Assembly: GCA_002256025.1 (NCBI GenBank)
Contig: NKIB01012926.1
Span: 47,684-67,683, forward strand
Direction: 5' to 3'
DNA from: Asterionella formosa
Taxonomy: Eukaryota
DNA length: 20,000 nt
The notes beneath the pieces are model-generated. The model was not told where the DNA came from, searched no databases, and saw nothing but the letters and a program-made list of their open reading frames with translations. Positions within the stretch are counted from its first letter, which is position 1; every line of letters begins with the position of its first letter. Shown in pieces: positions 1 through 10,370 of the stretch. A program made the translations under genes and the position numbers.

Positions 1-750
1 ATGATTGCCGCGACAGTTGCGACGAGAAGAACGCTAGGATTCTCGTTTCTCATCTTGCTGATCCTCACAAGAGCAGCATTGGCGCTCGTCTCCTCTTTCC
101 AAGACTTTCAATTCGCTCCCAATGGAGTGTGTCTGCAACCAAGCTTGTTCTTCGATGGCTCTCGTACATTTGCTATGCGCGATGTCCCTGGATCCGGCGA
201 TTGCATGTTTCTTGCCGTGGCCTTGGCTACTTCGGCATCGATGGGTCTTGGAGGTAATACTGCTTTCCTGCGAGCCATTAGCAAGGAAAGCCGTCAGGTC
301 GTAGCACAAATACTTTCGTCACCAGTTGGAAATTTATACATTGAAGGCAATCGACTGGTGAAAACTAGAGATTTGCTTCTCTTGAGTAGTCGCCAAGAGG
401 GACTAACCCCAGAGGAGTACTTGCAACAGCTTCGGTTGGAGGGAGTGGATGGTGGACTCCACGGTGGAGGGCCTGAATTGACGGTCTTATCGAATGTTTT
501 GCGACGTCCTATTTCTATTTATGAACTGGACGATGGTGATTCGAACAGAAAACAAGCGCAAAGGCAAGGGATCCATTGCTGTGGCGTTTTTGGTGCAGGA
601 GTCTTTGATGATCCATGCAAAACTGTTCCCAACTCTTCGGTATTGTTGGTCCAACAGCCTGGAGCATTTTCGTGGCATCTTCATATTCTTGTAGTGGATG
701 ACGGACTTGAGAAACATGCATGTGTTTTGCTCCCCCAAGAGGTATGGTAA
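1..750 (+). CDS. OTU-like cysteine protease (ovarian tumour domain, putative deubiquitinase) with a hydrophobic N-terminal signal-like segment
   Basis: 249-aa ORF. DVPGSGDCMFLAV resembles the OTU Cys box (VPGDGNCLF), HGGGPELTVLSNVLRRPISIYE resembles WGG-E-x-L-x-I-x-Y, and KHACVL supplies a C-terminal His box. The N-terminus is hydrophobic (FSFLILLILTRAALALVSSF). The window begins at the ATG, so upstream context is not visible. Confidence 0.75.
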   Translation: MIAATVATRRTLGFSFLILLILTRAALALVSSFQDFQFAPNGVCLQPSLFFDGSRTFAMRDVPGSGDCMFLAVALATSASMGLGGNTAFLRAISKESRQVVAQILSSPVGNLYIEGNRLVKTRDLLLLSSRQEGLTPEEYLQQLRLEGVDGGLHGGGPELTVLSNVLRRPISIYELDDGDSNRKQAQRQGIHCCGVFGAGVFDDPCKTVPNSSVLLVQQPGAFSWHLHILVVDDGLEKHACVLLPQEVW

Positions 751-1450
751 AAATTGATGGAGGCTGCAACCGTGAAAAACAAATTGGTCCTCATTGACAT
801 TTATGGAAATACAAGACCAGTTTTTTTGGTAAACCGGTAATCTAATGATTATTGGGATGGATAGTCGACGCATTGCGTTCTCTGGGGCGGTATTGCTCGT
901 ATTCATCAATTGTTTGCAGTTGTGTACTCAAGACTTGAAAGCATTATGTCAAGTTGTTGTATCAACAAATGGGATAGAGCCCTATCAGAGTGGTGAAGTT
1001 TCCGGAAGAATATTTTGGTATTCATCTTTCCATTGGCAGCAACAATGGCAATCATGATGACGAAGTGACAGTAGTCTAGACTAGTACTGCCTACAGTCGG
1101 AAGTGGATCCATATTAATCACATTATTTGAATTGCATATTTCAATGAATCAGCATATTGAGCAACTCAGAGCCATTCAAAATTATCTTATCTAATGTATC
1201 ATATATATATATCTTACATCCATAATATGCCCCCTTCAGTTTCTGAGTATGCATCTTACTAAAGCTCCTTTTTCATCCAATCATTGGACAGTCGAAAGAA
1301 TAGAGGGAATGAAGGCACATCTAGAACAAGTTGAAGGCCAAAATGGGATGATTTTTTGTTGTTGATGAGTTTAACAGTCAGTCTAGAGCATTCCACAATA
1401 TCGTGGACTCCAATGCTAACAGAGTTTCAACAGATTTTCGGGACCCTACC

Positions 1451-1724
1451 TGTTGAAGAAATTTTTTTAGGAAACCTCAAGGTATGAAATTTCCTACCAG
1501 TACACATTTACATGTTGAGTCAAATGAATCAAAAAGAATATCAAGATTTGAATTCGAAAGCAATCTGCACCACCAGTAAAACCCATAATTCTATTTAATC
1601 TTTTAGGAATGATTACAATTGATCTCTGTCACATTGTTGTTCATATCTACAGCCTATTTGGTTCCTGACGTATCCTCAAGGGTTACAAGAAAGCAACAGG
1701 AGGCTTTGGGACGCAATTTCAACA
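1451..1724 (+). repeat. Possible 5' LTR of the degenerate copia element whose gag follows
   Basis: Begins TGTTGAA (1451) and ends TTCAACA (1718-1724), giving 7-bp inverted TG..CA termini about 130 bp upstream of the gag-like ATG. An alternative end is CAACA at 1774. No second copy in the window and no clear PBS recognised. Confidence 0.35.
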
Positions 1725-1857
1725 GATTTAATAGAATTATCCACCCAGGAAGAGCCGCAAGTCAAGAAACAACATCAGGCAAACCGTGGAGAGTCCAAAG
1801 ACAAGATTTGAGTGTATTAGACTGTTCAAAGTCTGAAGAAGTCGCAAAAGGCGCAAA

Positions 1858-2690
1858 ATGAGTGGCAAAGGAAGGTTTAGCAAGAAGGTTCATGCCAAAG
1901 GCAAGGTCCAAGCCAAGGGAGAGAGCAATAATGCATCTCATACCAACAAGAAGTCTATATTAATGATGAAAACTACTATGTTGGATTGGCAAAGTAGGCA
2001 TCTGACTATTAAACTACTACAGAGTACCTGATCAACTATGTCAAGAAAGTGTTCGACTATGGCAATGACATAGGAACAGAGCTTGAGTTATTAGAACCAA
2101 TCATTACATCAGCATGGAAGCCAAGAAAGCAGGTCAGCATTGCAACTACAGATTAGATTGTGCTGCAGAGAATCGCCAATATAAAATTGAATTCAAGGTT
2201 GATTATGATGGCTATAGCAAAAGGGTACAGACCTATTATCAGGAGAATTGATATTCAATGTTTATCATTCGAGATGTAATGAGAACGCTTTTCACTACAA
2301 AGCAGAGGGAAGGAGAAAGTCTACAAGATTATATGAAGAGGATTTTTGTGGCACAAGATGTGCTAAAGTCCCTTTATTGGGAGAACTATAATCCTAACCA
2401 AGTTTGTAAAAGCCATGGATGGGTATGATGAGACAGAGATCAAGTTGCAAGATAATTTTCGTGAACAGGTTTTCAGTCAATTCCTTGCTTACTTATACCT
2501 TGACAATGCAGACAAGGCCAAATAAGGATCAATTCTGACCAGGCTTAACACTCAACAGTCGCTCGGCAATGATCAATACCCAAAGAGAATCACAAAATCA
2601 AACAATTTATTTTCTCGGTCATCATCGATTCGATGTAACAACTAAGCCCAGCGTTCATAAGAAATCATATTAAAGATAGGGATCAAAAAG
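1858..2690 (+). pseudogene. Degenerate gag of a diatom-type (CoDi-like) Ty1/copia retrotransposon
   Basis: Reading across stops and frameshifts gives MSGKGRF...YYVGLAK*ASDY*TTTEYLINYVKKVFDYGNDIG...TTKQREGESLQDYMKR...FLAYLYLDNADKAK*GSILTRLNTQQSLGNDQYPK. These blocks resemble diatom copia gag proteins. Confidence 0.7.
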
Positions 2691-2693
2691 ATG

Positions 2694-3601
2694 AGGAGTA
2701 TGGTACGAATGGGGCAAAGACGAGAAAGGACGCTATCTACAGTCCGAAATGAAGGACTTTGTCAAAGATATGATTAATGAATACACGACTATGTTTGGAA
2801 AGGAACCAAAGAAAGCCTCAACGCCGGGATTCCTGGGAACGGTCCTAAGTAAGAACCAAGGAGAGACGATCAAGAAGAAGGAATATCGCTCTCTCGTTGG
2901 AAAAATACTTTACTTCGTGAAGAAAATATCGCGAGTATGCGCCAACACATGTCGTGAATTGTCATAGCACCTCGACAACCCAGGCGAAACGCACTGGCAA
3001 GCATTGGAACGCCTACTCGGGTATTTGTGTCTACATGGGGACATTGCATGCAGAATGAAACTACGTGCTCCCAACGAGCTATGTATTCAAGATGTCGTGG
3101 ACAGCGCCTTCGCCTCTAATCCTGATACACGAAAAAGTGTCAGCGGTTATTTAGGCATGATCGGAGGGTGCGCCCTAATTCACTGGATATCAAAAGGACA
3201 GGATATCGTAACGCAATCAAGCACCGAGTGTGAATATGTCGCACTCAGTACCTTGTAACGGCTCAAAGGAAACTGTCTTCGCAACCAATCTACTGGGCGA
3301 AATAACCACTATCGTGATGCCTAGTCTAATGGGTGAGGACAATACCGGTGCGATTTATTTAACGAAAAATCATCAGGTTGGGGCACGTACAAAACACATC
3401 GACGTAAGATACCACTATGTACGAGAACAAGTCGAAAACGGAACGATTAAGGTTGACTACATCAATACGGAAAAGAATCCTGCAGATGTCCTAACTAAAA
3501 ATGTCATGGACAAGATTATGAACATGCACGGATACGCGATCCAAAACGGGATGATGGATTGTTGGAACAAGGAGAGTGTTAAAGTGAGCTCATCTACGTA
3601 G
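2694..3601 (+). mobile_element. Ty1/copia pol 3' end (C-terminal RT plus RNase H), 5'-truncated and disabled
   Basis: RT end: GVWYEWG...YRSLVGKILY...RELS*HLDNPGETHWQALERLLGYL. RNase H: DSAFASNPDTRKSVSGY, SSTECEY, EDNTGAI, RTKHIDVRYH, NPADVLTK. In-frame TAG at 2965-2967 and a frameshift near 3255. Confidence 0.93.
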
Positions 3602-3999
3602 TTAGGACTCGGAGTCAAACGAGTCAAACGATTTGAATGAGTCCACTTTGATGTACCAAGCTCTCATCAACCACACATTATACCTTGTTACTCCGACTAT
3701 AATGAGCTGAACAATATAAGCTATTTCAGAAGACCGATAGTTTGAAATGAATGATCATGGTTAAAAACCTATGATCAGTAAGTGTGAGATAGACATGGGT
3801 CCATCTATGATTGTATGTTTCTAGAAATGCGAACAGCATTTGGAGAATAGTTCGTTTGTTTTGTTCAAACAGAACAACCTAAACTAGATTAGTAAACCAA
3901 CAATAAGAATATAGAAACGGAAAGAGAAACGAACGTCTCTATCTATAGTCTTCTTTGTCTAACGATATAGATCTATATCAAAATGGTAATACTTTAACA
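3577..3999 (+). repeat. 3' LTR (423 bp) of the copia element, preceded by a polypurine tract
   Basis: Purine-rich GAACAAGGAGAG (3565-3576) is followed directly by TGTTAAAGT (3577-3585). The perfect reverse complement ACTTTAACA is at 3991-3999. Confidence 0.85.
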
Positions 4000-4501
4000 T
4001 AGCGATGACACCAGGCATGAGCGATGGTGAAAGACCAGCCTGTGTGCCAGTTTCCGGAAGACTACCAGGTACTTCGTCTTGTTGTTGAGGGGAACCTTTT
4101 CGTGAATAGAGTTGAGCTACAGTGCAATATTATGTATGGCTACATGTATTCTATTGCTGTCACGATTGCATTGTTAGTACTGTAGCACTCACGCATGTAC
4201 CTAATCTGGTCGTTACGCCAGTACGGTTCATACGGCCCATGTCAAATCAAATGGACGTAAGTAATTCATGTTGACCAATCATATTGTATATGTGGAAGCG
4301 GGCACTTACAATGGAATTTGTTGGACAGGAGATTTCAGTACTAAAAATTCCGGCACACGACTACTATTCCGATGATGACGTTTTGGCTCATAGTAATTCT
4401 GATTCCGATATTTTGGCGACCGTAGAAAAGGCCGATTTTGTCGAGTTTTTGGACGACGATAGCTCAACGTTGGCTGGGTCTGAAGACGATTTAGATACAT
4501 A

Positions 4502-4690
4502 GGTAACTTTCAAATAGCATCAGTATATAACTTCTGGCGAGAAACTGCAGAAAGGAACCGGTTTTTTTACTATGCCAAATAAACAGATTTCCCCCGAAAT
4601 TTCGAGTCTTTTTAGCCTAGTTAAAAAACCGAAGTTCCTTTCTGCAGTTTCTTACCAGATCCTATATACTGACGATATATAGAGTGAACC
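4502..4690. mobile_element. Foldback MITE with TA target-site duplication (Tc1/mariner-type, Stowaway-like)
   Basis: Imperfect inverted arms of about 80 bp, including AGAAACTGCAGAAAGGAAC / GTTCCTTTCTGCAGTTTCT and TCAGTATATA / TATATACTGA. Termini GGT...ACC, with TA at 4500-4501 and 4691-4692. Confidence 0.8.
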
Positions 4691-4871
4691 TACACCCCTA
4701 CTTTGTCCGAAGACTGTATTTAAGCATATGGAAAGGGTGTGTATTGGTGAAAGCTCCGTTGAGCGTTATACATATTTAAATTGTATGTGAAAAGTACGTG
4801 TTTGATTAGTCTGACTGAAAATTATTTTTTTAACCCTTCCTCGAGCTAGGGGTTCAAATGCAGCAACCTTA

Positions 4872-5854
4872 AGCTGAAACTTACGGTGCCCGAAATACGA
4901 AGATCGAATATTGCGAAGCTATCGCAGCAAAATCTTCGATCTTCGTATTCGGGAAATTTTGTGGCCACCTTACGGTCCCGAAGAATAAATAGTATGTCAA
5001 TCCATGCGTCAAATGACCGATCTCGTGAATTGAAATTTATTCCTACATGAAAATTGGTAGTCTCGTCCATACGAATATTATAGTAATTAATTATAATGAA
5101 AATCGTCAACACTCAATGCTCCATCGTTGTAGTTGCTGTTGTTGTAAGGTGATCGGCCTTCACATCGGCCTATCTCCTTTCTCCTCTCCCACCACCAGTA
5201 TGTCCCTACCATCACAATGACGACTCAGAGGTCTTTTCATTCTTTTTCGCTTAGCAGATGTTGTTGGATGGCGATAGCTGATTCCCTCGTTCAGATTGAA
5301 CTTCCAAATGAAACTGAGAAACCAGCTCATTTCGCAACGCAGCTGGCAAGGCAGCTGGTAGTTGCCATGACAACCATTGTTGCTTCCATGGCTGTACACA
5401 CTGTTGATAATGTGCCAGGAAGGTTGATGATAGAATTAGCGGAGTCGTCATGTTACAAATTATTTAATCATAAAGAAATTATTCAAAGTAAGGATAATTA
5501 TATTTTATTATGTAATAATAATGACAATAATGCTACAAAAGAAGTATCAAATACTATATCATCAGTATATGTGATGACAATTATATATTGTTTCCGCCAT
5601 TCTGATGGGTGGAGACAATCTTCGTTTGCCCGAATATTAATCTTCGGGAAACGAAGATTGTTCAAGAAAATACGAAGATTGGGTCAATATCGGGGATAAA
5701 CCTCGAAATATTCGGGCGAACGAAGATTAATCTTCGAAATCAGGGGGATTTGCGAGTTATTTAGCCCGTAAGGGACGAAAATACGAAAATTAAACGCCCA
5801 ACAGGTTATCCGGGCGACTCAATCTTCGTAATTCAGGCACCGTAAGACGGGGCC
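4872..5854. mobile_element. Non-autonomous PIF/Harbinger-like DNA transposon (983 bp) with TTA target-site duplication
   Basis: Left TIR AGCTGAAACTTACGGTGCCCGAAATACGAAGATCGA versus reverse complement of the right end GGCCCCGTCTTACGGTGCCTGAATTACGAAGATTGA. TTA at 4869-4871 and 5855-5857. Many subterminal CGAAGAT/ATCTTCG motifs at both ends. No recognisable transposase inside. Confidence 0.8.
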
Positions 5855-6574
5855 TTAACACAACCATCAGTAGCACCAGCAAATTCAGGGAGAAAAGCGG
5901 CAGTAGAAAGGGGATGACAGGGAGTAAAAGGGGCGTTGGCGGAAAAAGTAGCATCAACAGATGCCAAGCCAACATAATAGTTAGAAGTAGCAGGGAGGGA
6001 AGGAGGACAATGGAGATTTTGGGGCGCATCAAAGTATAATCTGAAGCAGGATGATGCTGAAGGCAATACATGCGCAAGGCTGTCTCATGCCTGCAAGTAG
6101 TATGCAGGTGTTTGAAGCTCGGTGGCATGAGTAGGGTGACCTTCTTGTAGCACCAGTGCCATCCCAGCCAATACACATGTGTATGAGAAGGCGTGCATGT
6201 AGCCACCGAGAAAGATCCTGTTGAGACAATTCACAAACTAGCTATCATTGTGCCATTCGCTTACCTACTACTGCCCAATCATTGAATGTAAATGTCAATT
6301 TTAGCACACTATAGCTGATCATATAAAATATATTTTGGATATTTCCTATCTTCAGATCAAATTTTGCAATTGGTCTGCTATTGCACATCATTAAAATATA
6401 TTTTGTATATTTCCTATGTTCGCATTTTGGCACTACAATTTACTCCAATTGCCACTCGGTTTTCTAGCCCTGGGATTGCCGAAATTGGCAAGGGGTCTAC
6501 TGAAGGAAACATATTATACTGACCATTGATGATTTTGGCTGATAAGTTGTAGAGTGTTTGGACGTGAGAGGGAA

Positions 6575-6760
6575 TCATCCATAGAGGGATGCGGACATAT
6601 TGTAGTCACCATTGGGGGCACTGATAATACTGTTAAACAAACATTTAGCGGTAGTCAGATCAGCAGTCTGGGTGCTAACGTTGCCAGTGTAGATCACATG
6701 ATTGCCCCCAGCAGTCCAGCAAACGTGTTGGGGAATGGTTTTTTCGGGGCAATCCGGCAC
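6575..6760 (-). pseudogene. Fragment of a diatom-type copia reverse transcriptase
   Basis: PEKTIPQHVCWTAGGNHVIYTGNVSTQTADLTTAKCLFNSIISAP matches the RT block RPQK.DP.RVR.TAGGNRI.YPG.VSTPTADLTT.KLLFNSVISTP. Confidence 0.75.
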
Positions 6761-7828
6761 AATTGGTGTGTGTGTATTTTGTGCTTATGAATGAAAAAAC
6801 AGCAATTAGTTAATAAGATAAAGGTTGCTTTCATCACTTCGGCTGGAAAAGGAGAATGAATTCGAGTTTGGAGAGAATAAAATCAAAGTAAGCATGACTG
6901 CCTTCCTTACTTTTGCTTACTGGTTATTGTCATTTGCTTTTTATGCCATTTGCTCATGTCTTCACATTTGGAAGAATAAAATTAGCATAAAACCTACGTC
7001 ACTAAGTTGTGATACAGACAATATTAATGAGTGCAGCATCTGTGAAAGTGTCAAATCTACTCATGACATGGTCATTTTCAAAATTGTGAAACTCTAAATT
7101 GCATGAAAAATGTGCCATCAGCAACTTCATTTTCGTTGTGAAGATTAGAGTTAGAATAATTCTTTTTGTTTGTACTATTGTCTATGTATTAGTTGATGTA
7201 TGTACGAAATAGGAAAGCGTCGTTCTCACTTTTCATTGAGAGAATCGCTACTTTTGTCAGGGTTAACAAGGTTAAGATGATATGCATGATGAAGGATTAT
7301 CTAGCCACTCACCATGACTACTGGTACACTCTAACATTTTCTACATACAAAAAATCGCGTTTTTCTAAGTTAAATGATTATTTAACAGCTTGTACAAGGA
7401 CTACCGATACCTTGCATGTCCTGATGATGAATTCAGCCATATGAAGTAGGCAAGCATACAGTGTTATTTCGCTTTCAGTCCTGTGTTTAGTACTGTTACC
7501 AGTAGTATCATTAGCTATATTGTCTCAGCTGGGTGGATGTGAAGGCTCCTGGGTTGAATTGGTGATGTTATATGTACACATTAAGCAAAATTGTTACTTC
7601 AAGAAAACCAACGTTCAGCAAAACGACTGCCGTAGCAAACATTCCAATCATGGCACAAATGAAAATGAGGTCAGGTTCACCTATTTCTAGAATACTTAGA
7701 ACATTTATTCCATACAGCATTCAATTCGGAATAAATTTTTAACAGTACTAGTGGCTATTAGCCGGAGAGCTATCAGAGCTTGTGTGTCACGAGAGGCAGT
7801 CACTATATATAGATAAACGAGGGGACTG

Positions 7829-8315
7829 TGGTACCTGGGTACCAGGTACCAGGTAGCTTTCACATTATCATGCAAAGGATGGCGTCGCCTAAAGGTCCCT
7901 CCGTCAACGGTGATAGAGCTTATGTCCGTACAGCATAGTATGGTATCAGGTAACTGGTACCTGGTACCAGTACACCAGTACTATACACATAAGTACTCGG
8001 TGGAGTACCTGTTACCCGAGTACCTTGGTAACCTTGGAGTGCATTGACATCCAAGGCACTGGTGCCAGGTACCAGGTACCGGGTCCTGCTACCGGTAGTT
8101 GTTGTGGTTGTTATACTATGTACGTTGCTCCGTGCATTGCTAGTTGAGCGAACAATTCTGAAGCGCATTTCTTACATGCAGCCATACGTATGAAGTCTAC
8201 TGGCAGTCTAGCACCAAGTTTGAGGTTAGTTGAAGTCGAAGTGGAAAGATTTGGATTCACTACAGGTATTCCAATTATGAGTTAGATATCTTACTACAAG
8301 GAGGTACCTGGTGGT
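7829..8315. repeat. Clusters of the self-complementary 7-mer repeat (WGGTACC)n upstream of Lhcf
   Basis: TGGTACCTGGGTACCAGGTACCAGGTA (7829-7855), CTGGTACCTGGTACCAG (~7954-7970), CCAGGTACCAGGTACC (~8065-8080), AGGTACCTGG (~8302-8311), plus degenerate copies. Confidence 0.8.
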
Positions 8316-8390
8316 AAGTACTACATCTGCATGGTTGGACAGCCGTGGATCTTGGGCACTCTTTCGTTGCAAAAGGAATCGAATATCAAG

Positions 8391-8984
8391 ATGAAGACTG
8401 CTATTCTCGCTACCCTCGTCGCCGGCGCTGCCGCCTTCGCCCCTGCTGCCACCACCAAGCAGTCCACTGGCTTGAAGATGGCCTTCGAGAACGAGCTCGG
8501 AGCCCAAAAGCCCCTTGGATTTTTCGACCCTCTCGGCCTTGTCGCTGACGGCAACGAAGCCAACTTTGAGCGTCTTCGTTTCGTTGAGATTAAGCACGGA
8601 CGTATCTCCATGCTTGCCGTTGTTGGATACCTTGTCACTGAGGCCGGAATCCGTCTCCCAGGAGACATTGCTTTGGATGGAACCAAGTTCACCGACATTC
8701 CTGGAGGTTTTGCTGCTATTGGTGCTCTTCCTGGTGCTGGTTTGTTCCAGCTATTTGCTTTCATTGGTTTCCTTGAGACCTTTGTCATGAAGGACATTAC
8801 TGGAGGTGAATTCATTGGTGATTTCCGTAACAATTTCATTGATTACGGCTGGGCTAAGTTGGACGCCGAAAAGCAATTCGAGAAGCGTGCCATTGAGCTC
8901 AACCAGGGACGTGCTGCCCAGATGGGAATCCTTGCCCTTATGGTGCACGAGAAGCTTGGTGTGTCTCTTATCCCTGGGCAATAA
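8391..8984 (+). CDS. Lhcf: Fucoxanthin chlorophyll a/c-binding light-harvesting protein (Lhcf/FCP), 197 aa, intronless, plastid-targeted
   Basis: Bipartite signal MKTAILATLVAGAAA-FAP (ASAFAP type); LHC motifs GFFDPLG, ERLRFVEIKHGRISMLAVVG and ELNQGRAAQMGILALMVHEKL. The ATG at 8391 is preferred over 8331 because the signal peptide starts there. Confidence 0.97.
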   Translation: MKTAILATLVAGAAAFAPAATTKQSTGLKMAFENELGAQKPLGFFDPLGLVADGNEANFERLRFVEIKHGRISMLAVVGYLVTEAGIRLPGDIALDGTKFTDIPGGFAAIGALPGAGLFQLFAFIGFLETFVMKDITGGEFIGDFRNNFIDYGWAKLDAEKQFEKRAIELNQGRAAQMGILALMVHEKLGVSLIPGQ

Positions 8985-9961
8985 GTGCATAACGTTTCAC
9001 GCAAAAATATGTTCGCAAGTTTTAACCCAAGCTATAAATCGGACGAACGCATAGTACGATTAAGATAGAGGTGGTAGTTTGATTCACATTTGGTAGCTAA
9101 CTAAACTTATCTGATGAAGTATTGCATTTGAATGATTTGACTAGGGAGATGCAATATTGGCGAGGAGAGATGATGCTTAAGTTTTCCTTCGGCTCCTTCC
9201 TGGTATCGCTATGATTCCCAAGCACCATTCAAAATAATGGCACTCAACATACATTCAAGAACTTGCACTTGCTTGTGATGGTGGCGAGTTCCAGACCAAT
9301 GAAAATAGTCCGGGTCAAGTCGGTTTGTGGTGTATATTTATATCATTGAGTTGCATTTCACTTTTACCAGACACTTTGACATTTATGTAGGTGAGATATG
9401 AACAGACTACATACAATGAATTCGACACAAGATTGTACAGCAGGACAGAATACTTGATGTCAAAATAGGGCAACAAATTATTTTAAAATACACAAGAATG
9501 AATGTATGAAATTGTGCATGAATTTGGATGGTTCACCCAGTATACATTCTCAATGCATCATGTGACTAGCATTTAGAGTTAGCTAGCAGTACCAATGTCA
9601 TGCTATTTCAAAGTGGTGTTGGATATGATCTCACATCACGACAAGAACTAGCAATTCAGATCGAAAATTTTGGCCAGCTAAGATTTAACTGGTAACAAAT
9701 ACTCCTAAAAGTACAAATTTACAGTTTTGATTTGCTAGGTAATTAGGTCATCGTGAAGAAAAACTTGTATGAACAAGGACCAGGATTGATATGTTTTGAG
9801 TTGTTAGAGAAAATCTATGGTCACAATGAAGAAGAAGAATTCATCCAGTCTGGAAGGAAACAAGTGAAAACTAATCTGGGGTAGCTGACAGGTTATGTAA
9901 ACAATCTATTCGACTTGAATTGAGCTTTGTTTGACAAAGTAACGTCCTGATGACGAAGAAT

Positions 9962-10370
9962 TCATATGGAAAGAGAAATTCAATTTGGATCCAGTGACTA
10001 TTCATTCAAAAATAAACCGTTTGGTCAGGTTTGTGTCGTCTTGTTGGAAACTGCATATATACTGTTTGTTGTACAGGATAATCTATCATTATATGATAAA
10101 GACTAGTGATGAGTCATATGGAAAGCATGAGTCGATTTGGGTCTGCTGAGAGTTGAACCAAATAAAAAATTAGGTCTGTGTCTACTAGGTTGCAAACAGC
10201 TTTGTTGTGTTACGTAATCAAGGATCATATCATGAAGGCTAGTAATTATTCATATTGAAAGTGATACTTGGTTTGGGTCTGCTGAGAGTTCAACTCAATG
10301 AAACAATTCCATTTTTTGTCAAATAATTCAAACTGCAAATATGTTGTTTTGAGCGCAATGAAAGACTTGC
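9962..10370. repeat. Three diverged tandem copies of a ~136-152 bp unit
   Basis: TCATAT(G/T)GAAAG at 9962, 10114 and 10250; identical 19-mer TTTGGGTCTGCTGAGAGTT at 10136-10154 and 10272-10290; AAAC(T/A)GC at an equivalent position in each unit. Confidence 0.6.

Noticed and set aside
5217..5699. 160-aa ORF as a host gene or transposase
   Set aside because: Lies inside the Harbinger-like element, runs through AT-rich and subterminal repeat sequence, and has no recognisable motifs.
6440..6502. Tc1/pogo-like TIR end (reverse complement CAGTAGACCCCTTGCCAATTTCGGCAA)
   Set aside because: No partner TIR found and no TA duplication, so no element can be delimited.
7491..7750. Possible MITE bounded by TACTGTTA/TAACAGTA with an ATTTATTCC/GGAATAAAT hairpin
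   Set aside because: The terminal match is only 8 bp in AT-rich DNA and is compatible with chance.
7920..8168. Short ORFs rich in YLVPGT/WYQVP (also near 13450-13716 and 18840-19158)
   Set aside because: These are translations of the WGGTACC repeat, not proteins.
8226..8990. Antisense and overlapping ORFs over Lhcf, and the 8331 upstream ATG
   Set aside because: Shadow frames caused by the codon bias of Lhcf; the signal peptide begins at 8391.
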